A DNA stretch of 64,000 nt, taken from positions 49,662,001 through 49,726,000 of the forward strand of contig OX597819.1 of the NCBI GenBank assembly GCA_951406725.2, written 5' to 3'. This document shows, piece after piece, positions 28,331 through 40,189 of this stretch. Made by a program: the position numbers and the translations under genes. Source of the stretch: Octopus vulgaris (lineage: Eukaryota). The notes below the pieces were generated by a model. The model was not told where the DNA came from and made no database searches. It saw nothing but the letters and a program-made list of their open reading frames with translations. Every line of letters begins with the position of its first letter. Positions within the stretch are counted from its first letter, which is position 1.

Positions 28331-29059
28331 GATGCAGCTGTTACTGTGCATCTGTGTACGACCGGATCTAATGTTTAACCCAAAATCAGATCTGGTAAAA
28401 CAGGCCTCTAATCATAAGCATTTCAACTGAGACCATCTTGTCTTTTTAGAATATATAAGACAAGTCATGATGTAGACGTCCCTCTTCCTTTTTTTCCTTT
28501 GCATAACGTCATTTAAGGGAATTTGGTTTCTATTTTTAGCATATCAAATAACCACATAGAAGCTCCCTAAGTGTCAAAATATGTACGTGTAAAGAAAATG
28601 TAACTGTCACGGCTATTTCCCAGTTTGTCAGCTGTGTCGTCTCAGCTGTGAGCCATGTCAACAACCTGTTGTTTTACTACCATCTCAGTCTCCCCACACC
28701 CTCTATGCACACACCATAACTCATGGACACGACTTACCCTCGAGCCACAGAAGCGGTAACTAAATAGTCGCTCAAAATGCTAGAAATAGCAACCAATTTC
28801 TTTTGTCTTTTTAAGAGTAAACCACGATGGTCACAGCTGGAATGCCTTTGATCATTGTCTGCTCAAACATGGTTGACATAGGGTAATTATCAGACACACA
28901 CACACACACACACACACATCCATACATGTATATAAGTATGCATATGCATACACAAATCCATACATACAAAAACACATGTGCACACAATCCACACACACAC
29001 ACACATGCACACACACACATATAGATATATATAAAGAGAGAGATCGATAGGCAGAAATG

Positions 29060-30030
29060 GATAGATAGATATAGATTAGACAGGCATAGATTAGACAGAC
29101 ACATAGATATAGGTTAGACAGACATAGATAGATATAGGTTAGACAGACAGATAGATACAGGTTAGACAGACAGACAGATATAGATTAGATAGATATAGAT
29201 TAGGCAGAGACAGATTAGACAGCCAGACAGATATATAGAGATTAGACAGCCAGACAGACAGATATAGATTAGACAGGCAGACAGATATAGATTAGACAGG
29301 CAGACATATAGATTAGACAGCCAGACAGATATAGATTAGACAGACAGATATAGATTAGACAACCAGACAGATATAGATTAGACAGCGAGACAGATATAGA
29401 TTAGACAACCGGATATAGATTAGGCAGAGACAGATACAGATTAGACAGCCAGACAGATATATATAGATTAGACAGCCAGACAGACAGATATAGATTAGAT
29501 AGGCGGATAGATATAGATTAGACAGGCAGATAGATATAGATTAGACAGGCAGACAGATATAGATTAGACAGGCAGACAGATATAGATTAGACAGCCAGAT
29601 AGATATAGATTAGACAGGCAGACAGATATAGATTAGACAGGCAGACATATAGATTAGACAGCCAGACAGATATAGATTAGACAACCAGACAGATATAGAT
29701 TAGACAGGCAGACAGATATAGATTAGACAGCCAGACAGATATAGATTAGACAGCCAGACAGATATAGATTAGACAGCCAGACAGATATAGATTAGACAGC
29801 CAGACAGATATAGATTAGACAGGCAGATAGATATAGATTAGACAGGCAGATAGATATAGATTAGACAGGCAGATAGATATAGATTAGACAGGAAGATAGA
29901 TATAGATTAGACAGGCAGATAGATATAGATTAGACGGGCAGATAGATATAGATTAGACAGCCGGATAGATATAGATTAGACAGGCAGATAGATATAGATT
30001 AGACAGGCAGATAGATATAGATTTGATAGA
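29060..30030. repeat. GATA/GACA-derived ~22-bp minisatellite (GATATAGATTAGACAGGCAGACA)n
   Basis: About 40 units visible. Confidence 0.95.
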
Positions 30031-30302
30031 TAGAAGTAGAGAGATAAATATATCAAACAGTAGAATAGTTGGAAACTAGAATGTTGGTGGACGTTTTCCG
30101 TTGGCAATAATAATACGAACAGTGGAATATGTTTTATTCCAAGAGGAGGCAGGGATATCTAACGTCTTGAACAGAACTCTTCGGTTCTCACAATCACCTC
30201 CGCCGCCATTAGAAAGAAAGAGTCACTGTTTATTTATTTTTTTTTTTTTTTTAGCTCCAGCATCATCACTACCGCCATCTTTATAGTAATTCCTTCATTA
30301 TC

Positions 30303-30540
30303 TGTTTCTTTATCTGTTTCTTTATTGCCCACGGGGTGGGGCTAAACATAGAGGGGACAAACAAGGACAAACGGATAAAGTCGATTACATCGACCCCAGT
30401 GCGTAACTGGTACTTAATTTATCGACCTCGAAAGGATGAAAGGCAAAGTCGACCTCGGCGGAATTTGAACTCAGAACGCAACGACAGACGCAATACCGCT
30501 AAGCATTTCGCCCGGAGTGCTAACGTTTCTGCCAGCTCCG
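30303..30540 (-). mobile_element. SINE family A, near full length
   Basis: Same body, A/B boxes and an AAAGAAACAGAT-type tail. Confidence 0.85.
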
Positions 30541-30844
30541 TCATAGTCGATTGTCTCATCCACGACTCCAACACTCTCTCCTACCTTCCGTATTTCTGTT
30601 GTTTTTTTTTTTGGTTTTAGTTTTGTTTTTTGGCAGTTCAGTCAGATTACACGGAGTTCATTGGTAAAACGATAGGAGCGGGGTGTGGGACTAGATAGAG
30701 AGACGGAGTAGAAGAGGGTGGTTGTATTATGTGGCGTCTGTAAATGACCTATCATGTTGGCAAAGGCGGATGTGTATATGTATATATATATATATATATA
30801 ACAATTGTGTATTATGTGACGTGATTGCTAAGAGCAATTAAAAT

Positions 30845-30918
<74 letters not shown>

Positions 30919-32216
30919 CATGCAGACATTCATGTGTATGTTTATGCGCCAATATTTAGACGTTTTCACATTCGTATACGTCTGTTTACAAGCCCGTGCG
31001 TACATGTAACGGAGTCTATGTATATGTGGGTGTACGTATACGTGCTTGTATGTGTGGTCTTTAATATAATGTTACATATTTGTATCGCTAGTGTATGTTG
31101 CAATGAAAGACAAGTAAACACAGAACGAAAAGCATTTACATCGACGTTATGGACATATACAGCGTAAGAGCCATTGCTGTATGTATGCGTGTTTGTGTAT
31201 TGTAAGACAAGAGGAGGGGGCGATAATGTTTAGTATCATTGACTGTAATGGTTGTGGTGGTGGCGACGGTGGTAGTGATGGTGGTAATTGTGTTGCAATC
31301 CCTGGGCATATAATATGTAAATGAACACACCCATAGACAATTGTAAACGTTCTTTTCTGTAAGTCAATAATAGATCGTATTTATTCCTTACATTGTTTGC
31401 GTATGCCGGTTTGTGTACATTATTTACACACACACACACACATGAAGTGAAATATGTATTATTATTATTTAATGACAATAGGGTGATGGAAGCATCTGGA
31501 GATATTAAATTAAAATTTCTTTAAATACAATTTTCTATACGACAGTGTTCCAATATGGCCTTGACCGTGATGGCTTAAACAAACTAAAGAACTATAACCA
31601 CAACCAGCGCTATCTCTGGCAGCACACACTAACACCTATCAACTGGTCTATCTATCTATCTATCTATCTATCTACTGGTCTATCTATATCTATCTACTAG
31701 TCTATCTATATCTATCTACTAGTCTATCTATATCTATCTACTAGTCTATCTATCTACTGGTCTATCTATATCTACTGGTCTATCTTTCTGCTAGCTGCTG
31801 ATTTACTGAACAACGCATGCATTGTGTAAATGAATAAAAATTTCATACTTAGGGGAAAAGATTTAATCATTATTAGCCTGCATGATGAGAGCTGCCTACA
31901 TATTTCAGTCTTGTTAAACCTCGTCGCCTTAAGCCTACTTTGATCAATGGATATCAGATCTTAGGATTAGTTTAAAAACGTTATGAATAATTTAAGCCAT
32001 ATTAAATTCCATAACACAATCTATGCATATGAAGGGGAGGTTAACACTATATTACTTTCAAAGTGGTTATATAACAATAGTATCGTCAGGAAATGAGATA
32101 GGTTATTATGATATCGTATTCTAAACTTCCCTATGTTATAGTATATATTTGAATATGGTTCCAGTTCAGCATCTTAGCAGATAACGGACTTAGTGTTGCG
32201 GGCTCCGTTCAGTGGG

Positions 32217-32430
32217 ACTAAGGCGGCAGAATTGTTTGCAAACCGAACAAAATGCTGAGCGGCATTTCTTCTGGCTCTTTACGTTCCGAGTTCAAATTCC
32301 GCCGAGGTCGACTTTTCTTTTCATACATTAGGGTGTTGATAAGATAAGTACAGTAAGTACCAGTCAAGTTTTTATTCCTTACTGTGGCCAATGCAATTGA
32401 CTTGCGCTCCTCCTGAAAACTGTCCTTGCA
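32217..32430 (+). mobile_element. SINE family A copy
   Basis: GGCGGCAGAATTG..GAGTTCAAATTCCGCCGAGGTCGACTTT. Confidence 0.75.
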
Positions 32431-32445
32431 CCAAAAGTAACACGA

Positions 32446-32481
<36 letters not shown>

Positions 32482-32720
32482 ATGAAATAAAACGCTTACA
32501 TAGTCGACCGGTTTCGCTTAAGCGCATCATAACTAAGTAGTTAGTGATAATGTTATAATTTCATGCTATCATAAGTTACCATTCCGTGTGTGTGTGGGGG
32601 GGGTGCATGCATGTGTATACACGAAGAGATTAATCTTGTATACATCTATTTTACGCTATTTTCATTTCTCCAGTAAATTTCTGTAAACTCTCTGCGCCAC
32701 TTTTTTAATGTGTGTGTGCA

Positions 32721-32770
<50 letters not shown>

Positions 32771-32774
<4 letters not shown>

Positions 32775-33003
32775 GGAGTAAGCACATAAATGTGAAACAA
32801 GGTTGAAAAAAGAGTACTCAATAACCAGAGGTAGAGTAATATGCTTTATTTAAAAGCAGAAGAAATATAACAAAGGTTGTTTCTCAGAGTTTCACGTTCC
32901 CGTTCGTCGGACAGTTTTGTTAACAAAACTGTCCGATGAACGGGAACGTGAAACTCTGAGAAACAGCCTTTGTTATATTTCTGCTGCTTTTAAATAAAGT
33001 ATA
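32771..33003. mobile_element. Short palindromic element with hammerhead-like core (candidate Penelope-like non-autonomous element)
   Basis: Arms 32844-32921 and 32922-32999 are reverse complements (3 mismatches in 78 bp, no spacer). Inserted at a (TA)n tract. Each arm carries CCGA(T/C)GA-ACG-GGAA-CGT-GAAA. Confidence 0.6.
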
Positions 33004-33829
33004 TACATATATACACACACATTTTATCCATATATAAGGTCCAGGTTATATAAAACATCAAGCTGAAAGACAATGGGCAAAAACTACGTAAGATTGCTTA
33101 ATGAAATATTTAAGGTGAATTTAAAAAGAATTTTAGAGCTATTGTTATTGCCTCTGTCATTGAAATGGAAAGGGTTTTAAAAACAAACACGACAAACACC
33201 TTTATATATTCAGCTACCCAAAGTTACCTTATGTAATAATACGTACGTACGTATGGTGTATGCGTATGAATGCTGCGTGCTTATATACTACAAATGTATG
33301 CTGTGTGCGACTATATGCTATGTATGGCAAGCATATACAGTACGAATGCATGATATTCATATAATATACACAATGTATGTTGCGTATGTCATGTTATGTA
33401 TGCTTTTTAAGTATGTCACTGTATGTATATGTATCTATGTATGCTATATGTATGTTCGTCAACTCCCATTGATACGTTCACGCATTATATGCCTGCATGC
33501 CTACATCACATGCATACATACATGTTATACACCTTTGTATACACACTTATAAAGTGCTATTGATTAGCGAAAGTGTTTAATTAGTTAAATTAACTCTTAT
33601 CACAGTTTTGTGAGTGGGATGTATATAACAAAGATAGGGAAGTGAGAGAGATCCAGGTGATTACACGTGAGTGTGTGTATAATATATATACATACATACT
33701 CACGCGCGCGCGGACACACACGCACACACGCACACACACACACACACACAAATCTACACACACAGATGGATGGATGTATGGATGAGTGTGAAAGAGAGAA
33801 AGAATGGAAGTAAGAGAAGCTGCGAAATA

Positions 33830-34440
33830 GAAAAGTGACAGAGAAAGAGAGATATAGTGAGGAAGAGAGAGGGTGAGATACAGAAAGAGGAGAGGGAGGA
33901 AGAGCGCAAGAGAGAAAGGGAAAGAACGCAAGAGAGGGAGAGAGTGCAAGAGTAAGAGAGGAGAGAGTAAGAAAGAGAGGAGGAAGAGAGAGAGGATGGG
34001 AGAGAGTTAAAGAGCGGAGGAGAGAGTAAGAGAGAGTAAGAAAGAGGGGTAAAAAGTGTAAGAGAGAGGAATAGAGAGAGGAATAGAGAGAGAAAGAGAG
34101 AGGAATAAAGAGAGAGGAATAGAGAGAAAGAGTAAGAGAGGAATAGAGAGAAAGAGTAAGAGAGAGGAGGAGAGAGAGTAAGAGAGAGGAGAGAAAGTGT
34201 AAGAGAGGAATAGAGAGTAAGAGAGGGGAGGAGAGAGAGGAGGAGGAGGAGAGAGAGGAGGAGGAGGAGAGAGAGGAGGAGGAGGAGAGAGAGGAGGAGG
34301 AGGAGAGAGAGGAGGAGGAGGAGAGAGAGGAGGAGGAGGAGAGAGAGGAGGAGGAGGAGAGAGAGGAGGAGGAGGAGAGAGAGGAGGAGGAGGAGAGAGA
34401 GGAGGAGGAGAGAGAGGGGGAGAAAGAGTAAAAGAAAAAT
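33830..34440. repeat. GA-rich tract including (GAGAGAGGAGGAGGAGGA)n
   Basis: Nearly pure purine on the + strand. Gives the poly-Ser ORF 33600..34535. Confidence 0.93.
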
Positions 34441-35164
34441 GTATGAATAATATAGTGAGTGAGTGAGAATAGTATGGGTAAGACTGAATGGAGAATTGGC
34501 AAATACGAAAAAGTGAATGAGTGATTGAGTAACAAGAATGCGTGGGTGACTAAGTGAAGAGTGACAATCGTGTGGACGTGTTAGCTGCGAGTGGATGTGT
34601 TAATGTGTGATGAGTGATAAATTTGCGATTGTGATAGCAAGCGATCGAGTGACAAGTATTTGCGCAAGAAAAGGAGTAAATAGTGATAAATCTGTGAGTG
34701 AGGTTGACGAGTGATTGAATGACAAATATTTGAGTAAGGGAGTGAGTGAGTGAATGATAAATATGTGGGTGATATAGTGAATGACTGATAAATGATTGAG
34801 TAACAAATATTTACATGAGGGAGTTAGTGAAGAGTGATAAATCTGTGGGCGAGACAATGAGTGGATTGATGAGTGATCGAGCGACAAATTATTGCCTGAG
34901 AGAGTGAGTGAATAGGGATAAGTCTGTAGGTGGAGATTGATGAGCGACTTAATGGCAAATATTTGCGTGAGAGAATGCGTGAAGAGTGATGAATCTGTAG
35001 GTGAAACATATGGGTAATAGTATGAGTGAAGAGAGATAGCTATGTGAGTGACTCAAGGCACAGTCAGTGAATGAGTGATAGTGAAGCCTGACTGAGTGAC
35101 AACAACATATCTATGTTGACACAGTCGTGCTTGAGCTGTTGTTCAGTCGCACATCAGCTGTTTA

Positions 35165-35965
35165 TCTGTTGTCTTTAACTAGTCCCAGTCATTGGACTGC
35201 GACCATACTGGGCTACCGCTTTCAAAGGTTTAGTCGAATAAATCGACCTCAGTACTTCTTCTAAACCTGGTACTATTCTGTTAGTGTCTTTTTTGCCGAA
35301 AGACTAAGTTACGGGGGGGGGGGGGCGTAAACACACCAAGATTGGGCGTCAAGCAGTGATGGGAGACAAAGATAGACAGAGACAGACAGGCAGATAGTGT
35401 TAGACAGGCAGATAGAGTTAGACAGGCAGATAGAGTTAGACAGGCAGATAGAGTTAGACAGGCAGATAGAGTTAGACAGGCAGATAGAGTTAGACAGGCA
35501 GATAGAGTTAGACAGGCAGAGAGAGACAGACAGGCAGAGAGAGACAGACAGGCAGAGAGAGACAGACAGGCAGAGAGAGACAGACAGGCAGAAAGAGATA
35601 GACAGGCAGAGAGAGAGAGACAGACAGATATACATGGCCGGTCTATGGGGTTACTCTGTGTTTTACGTCCATAAAGCGTTTAGTTTTACAGCGTTTCTTC
35701 AGACGCCATGTACATCTATCTTCATCTATATACTCTTACTGCTCTATATCTTAGAGTGTGCTTCTATTTGGCATTTATTATTTACTGAAGACACACACAC
35801 AAAATGGGCTACTTTCAGCTTCTGTCTACCAAATCCACTTACAAGACTTTGGTCGGCCCGGGACAAAGAAGAAGGCCTTTTCTCAAGGTGCCATGCAGTT
35901 GGACTGAACCTGAAACCATGTAACTGAGAAGCAAAATTCTTACCGCACAGTCACGCCTGCGCCTA
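35165..35965 (-). mobile_element. SINE family B copy expanded by an internal minisatellite
   Basis: Tail half at 35165-35355 and head half at 35800-35965 are separated by GATAGAGTTAGACAGGCA repeats. Confidence 0.75.
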
Positions 35966-35974
35966 TTGATATTC

Positions 35975-36370
35975 TTTTCTATTCTAGGCACAAGGCCCGA
36001 AATTTTTGGGGAGGGGTTCAGTCGATTAGATCGACCCCAGTACTCAACGGGTGCTTATTTTATAGATTCCCGAAAGGATGAAAGGCAAAGTCGACCTCGG
36101 CGGAATTTCAACTCAGAACATAAAGACAGATGAAATACCTATTTCTTTACTACCCACAAGGGACTAAACATAGAGAAGGCAAACAAGGACAGACAAACGG
36201 ATTAAGTCGATTATATCGACTCCAGTGCGTAACTGGTACTTATTTAATCGACCCCGAAAGGATGAAAGGCAAAGTCGACCTCGGCGGAATTTGAACCCAG
36301 AACATAACAGCAGACGAAATACGGCTACGCATTTCGCCCGGCGTGCTAACGTTTCTGCCAGCTCGCCGCC
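35975..36370 (-). mobile_element. SINE family A, two joined copies
   Basis: Full head GGCGGCGAGCTGGCAGAA (A box) and GGGTTCAAATTCC (B box). Junction GAAATA|CCTATTTC at 36137/36138. Confidence 0.85.
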
Positions 36371-36699
36371 TTGCCTGCGTCTATTAATATTGTTTAACCC
36401 CAACAGACCTATGATTAAAGCCATTCCATCCCTTGCCATCGGGTCTTTTGGGGTGCATCTGTAACAACATTACCTAATATGTTATCAATTATATTTATTT
36501 ATATATTTTGAAGCAGTGAGATGTCACCTGAGGGAAATTTGGTTGCTATTTCTAGCAGATCAAATTACAGCTTAGAGAATCCCCTCATTGGTTCGTGAAG
36601 TATCAATTGTTCATCATGTTGTTCTTGTTGCAATATCAGAGTAAGATTGCAGTTACTATCGCTTACTAGAAATATTAATTGATGCTAATGAGGAATGGG

Positions 36700-36731
<32 letters not shown>

Positions 36732-36979
36732 GTGGCCATTGTAATTTGTTGGTGGAGACGTGAATGTGCAACTGTTTGTTGGTGAGAGAAAGAGCGCAAG
36801 CAAGAGCAACCGAGAGTGAGGGAGCGAGTGACAGTGAGAGGAAGTAAGGTAGGAGAGTGGGAGGATAGAGATAGAAAGACAAACAGAAAGGGAAAGAAGA
36901 GGGGAAGAGAAAGTCCGAGGAAATGAGAGGGGGCGAGCAACAGACGGAGTGAAAGGGAGAGGGCAACAGAGGGAGAGAG

Positions 36980-38060
36980 CGGGAGAGCGAAATAGAGAAA
37001 GAGTATAAGGGGGCGCGAAAGAGAAAAAACTGGGAGTGAAAGAGGAAAGAAACAGAGAGCGAAAGGGGGAGGAAACAGAGAGCGAAAGGGAGAGAGAGCA
37101 ACAGAGAGCGCGAAAGGGAGAGAGAGCAACAAAGAGAGCGAAAGGTAGAGAGAGCAACAGAGAGAGAGCGAAAGGGAGAGAGAGCAACAGAGAGAGAGCG
37201 AAAGGGAGAGAGAGCAACAGAGAGAGCGCGAAAGGAAGAGAGAGCAACAGAGAGCGCGAAAAGAGAGAGAGAGCAACAGAGAGCGCGAAAAGGGAGAGAG
37301 AGCAACAGAGAGAGCGAAAGGGAGAGAGAGCAACAGAGAGAGCGAAAGGGAGAGAGAGCAACAGAGAGAGCGAAAGGGAGAGAGAGCAACAGAGAGAGCG
37401 AAAGGGAGAGAGAGCAACAGAGAGAGCGAAAGGGAGAGAGAGCAACAGAGAGAGCGAAAGGGAGAGAGAGCAACAGAGAGAGCGAAAGGGAGAGAGAGCA
37501 ACAGACAGAGCGAAAGGGAGAGAGAGCAAAAGGGAGAGAGAGCAAAAGGGAGAGAGAGCAAAAGGGAGAGAGAGCAAAAGAGAGAGAGAGCAAAAGACAG
37601 AGCGAAAGGGAGAGAGAGCAAAAGGGAGAGCGAAAGGGAGAGAGAGCAACAGACAGAGCGAAAGGGAGAGAGAGCAACAGAAAGAGCGAAAAGGAGAGAG
37701 AGCAACAGACAGAGCGAAAGGGAGAGAGAGCAAGAGTAAGATCGAAAGAGAAAGATCGAAAGGGAGAGAGAGCAAGAGAAAGATCGAAAGGGAGAGAGAG
37801 CAACAGACAGAGCGAAAGGGAGAGAGAGCAACAGACAGAGCGAAAGGGAGAGAGAGCAACAGACAGAGCGAAAGGGAGAGAGAGCAAGAGAAAGATCGAA
37901 AGGGAGAGAGAGCAAGAGAAAGATCGAAAGGGAGAGAGAGCAAGAGAAAGATCGAAAGGGAGAGAGAGCAAAAAGCAGAGCGAAAGGGAGGGAGAGCAAT
38001 AGAAAATGCTAAAAGGAGAGCAAAAGAGAGCGCGAAAGGAAGAGAGAGCAACAGACAGAA
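36980..38060. repeat. Purine-rich ~25-bp minisatellite (GAGAGAGCAACAGAGAGAGCGAAAGG-like)
   Basis: Direct inspection. Source of the 350-460 aa low-complexity ORFs. Confidence 0.95.
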
Positions 38061-38544
38061 CGAAAGGGAGAGAAATTATAAAGTGAACAAGATAAAGTGA
38101 GAGAGAGTAGGAGAGAGAGAGAGGGGGAGTGAGGGAGAGGGGATGAGATAGAAAGTGGAGGTGAGATCAGGCAGTCGTGTGAAATATTGCTTTTTGTGAC
38201 AAAGAAGTAATGGTTGTTTGTCAGCTGACCTGCTAATCCAAATTGGTTGGTGTTGCCAAGTGTGGAATTATGTGATAGAACACTGATAGTTCAATTACAT
38301 TTCTTGCAGTGGTGCAGCAGTCATGCGCAGTCAATGACAACTTTGATATGAGCACACAGCGTTTGGTGCAGGTTTTGTTGCATCTTCATAGCTGAACAGA
38401 GAAACCGGTTTTTTCCCCCTCTTTTTATTCTTTGAAAAATGCATCGTTATCGTTGCGAGGATGATTCGAAGCAGACGAGTACTCGGTCAAAGCTAATGTA
38501 CAAACCGAAAATAGTGGATTAATTTTCTTTTTATGTTGTTCTTT

Positions 38545-38760
38545 AGCCCACAAGTCAGCCCTGATCAAGCAAATCAAGTCTAATCAAAGGCGTTCCAAAA
38601 ATGACTATCTCGTCTTATTTCCAGATATGATATGGTGTATTTTGGATTAAATTTTACCTCGAATCTTTTTGTTTAAGACAAGAGGCAGAGTTTGATTTGA
38701 TTGATTTTTGGTTGCTGTTTACAGCCGGTTGAGCGACGACAAAAAGCTCCCGTGTTGGCT
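38545..38760 (+). repeat. Unclassified old interspersed repeat family D (~200 bp), representative copy
   Basis: Motifs TTTAACCCC..GATCAAAGGCATTCCAGCC and GATTTGGYTGCTATTTCTAGC recur at ~24525, 25590, 28375, 28745(-), 36395, 49320(-), 49550, 53700(-), 60105(-), 60320(-) and 60745/61910(-). Confidence 0.65.
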
Positions 38761-39227
38761 CATAAATTTCCTGTTGATGCTGGCTTTCGTATGTTGTTAC
38801 TGAGAAATAAACAGGATTAGGGAATGTTCTCACTTGGGACTAACTAGAATTTTTTTTTTTTAATTACGCTTTCATTTTCGCTGCATTACTGGCCATAATA
38901 TCTATCTAGATCAGTGACAGAAGTGACAAAGAAAAGAAAGAGAATACAGTGGAGCAACAAACTAATTTTTTTTTCTTTTACTAAACCAGACTGAGCTAAT
39001 TCCTATATAGATGTTTGTTTCATAATAGTTAATGGAGGTCAGTCAAAACAACGAGAATCCCAAGGGTAACGTATCTGTTCATAAATTTGTTCTGGCAGAT
39101 TCGAACGTGAATATCAGATCGTTGTTATTTTTCACCACCAAGGAACGCCTCTTCCCTTTGAGCTAGGTGATGAGTGTTCATAAAGCACATGATTCACTGG
39201 TTTACGATTTACTGGCGTAAGGGAGGT

Positions 39228-39278
39228 TTCCGGATACCGCGGTGTTTCGACCTCGTTCTGGGTCTCGTCAGTCGAAGC
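39228..39278 (-). ncRNA. Type I hammerhead ribozyme-like motif
   Basis: Minus strand: GCTTCGA-CTGACGA-GACC-cagaacga-GGTC-GAAA-C-accgcg-GTA-TCCGGAA. Core, 4-bp stem II and GUA triplet are intact; stem I is imperfect. Confidence 0.6.
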
Positions 39279-39519
39279 TACCTCACGAGCTGGATCGATG
39301 AATCTTACGAAAACCAGAGTTCATCATTATAGGAATTCGCAACAAATTAGTTGCTAATGCGTGCTGCTGTCTGCTAAACAGGGGATAATTAAATGGGTTT
39401 TAAGACGCAGAAGAGTGAGAATCCAAGCAATAACGTATCTGGTTGGTGTTCGCCGGTGGTAGAAAACGGCAAAGTTCAGGTATTCACGATCCAGTTTGCC
39501 AGAGCGTATTACTATAAAC

Positions 39520-39990
39520 TTAAAGCCTGAAATTTGGTGGGGCACTTATTTTATCGACTCCGAAAGGACGAGAGGCAAAGTCGACCTCAGCAGAAATTCA
39601 ACTGGACCAAATGCGGGTGAGCATTTTATCTGACGTGATAATGAGTCTTCTAAGCTCGCCGCCCATATAATGATAATATTTTCACCTATAGGCACAAGGT
39701 GTGAAATTTTGTATAAGGTAAGACAGAGTCGACCTCGGCGGAATTTCAACTCATCATGTAAAACCGGATGAAATGCTGCTAAACATTTTGTCCGTCGCGC
39801 TAATGATTCTTATTTCTTTATTGCCCACAAGGAGCTAAACATAGAGCGGATAAACAAGGACAGACAAAGGGATTAAGTCGATTACATCGACCCCAGTGTG
39901 TAACTGGTACTTAATTTATCGACCCCGAAAGAATGAAAAGCAAAGTCGACCTCGGCGGAATTTGAACTTTGAACATAAAGACAGTCAACT
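39520..39990 (-). mobile_element. SINE family A cluster (about 3 nested/truncated copies)
   Basis: The GTCGACCTC(G/A)GC(G/A)GAA core recurs at ~39580, ~39728 and ~39946. Confidence 0.8.
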
Positions 39991-40189
39991 CGGGTCGAAC
40001 AGGCTTATCGTACACATGCAAATATGTATACAAATACACACACACGCACATATTGAGATATACCTTTGCAAATACACACACGCACGAGAAATACCTTTAT
40101 TTTTAACTCAAAATATTTGATTCCGTAAATCGTGAAGCTGTATAAAACGTATTAAGCAAGCTAGGTTGCTTGCCAAAACTCACTGCAAC

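Noticed and set aside
33600-34535. 311-aa Ser/Leu-rich ORF
   Set aside because: Reverse translation of a GA/GGA tract.
36656-38100. 350-460 aa ORFs on both strands
   Set aside because: Translations of the GA-rich minisatellite.
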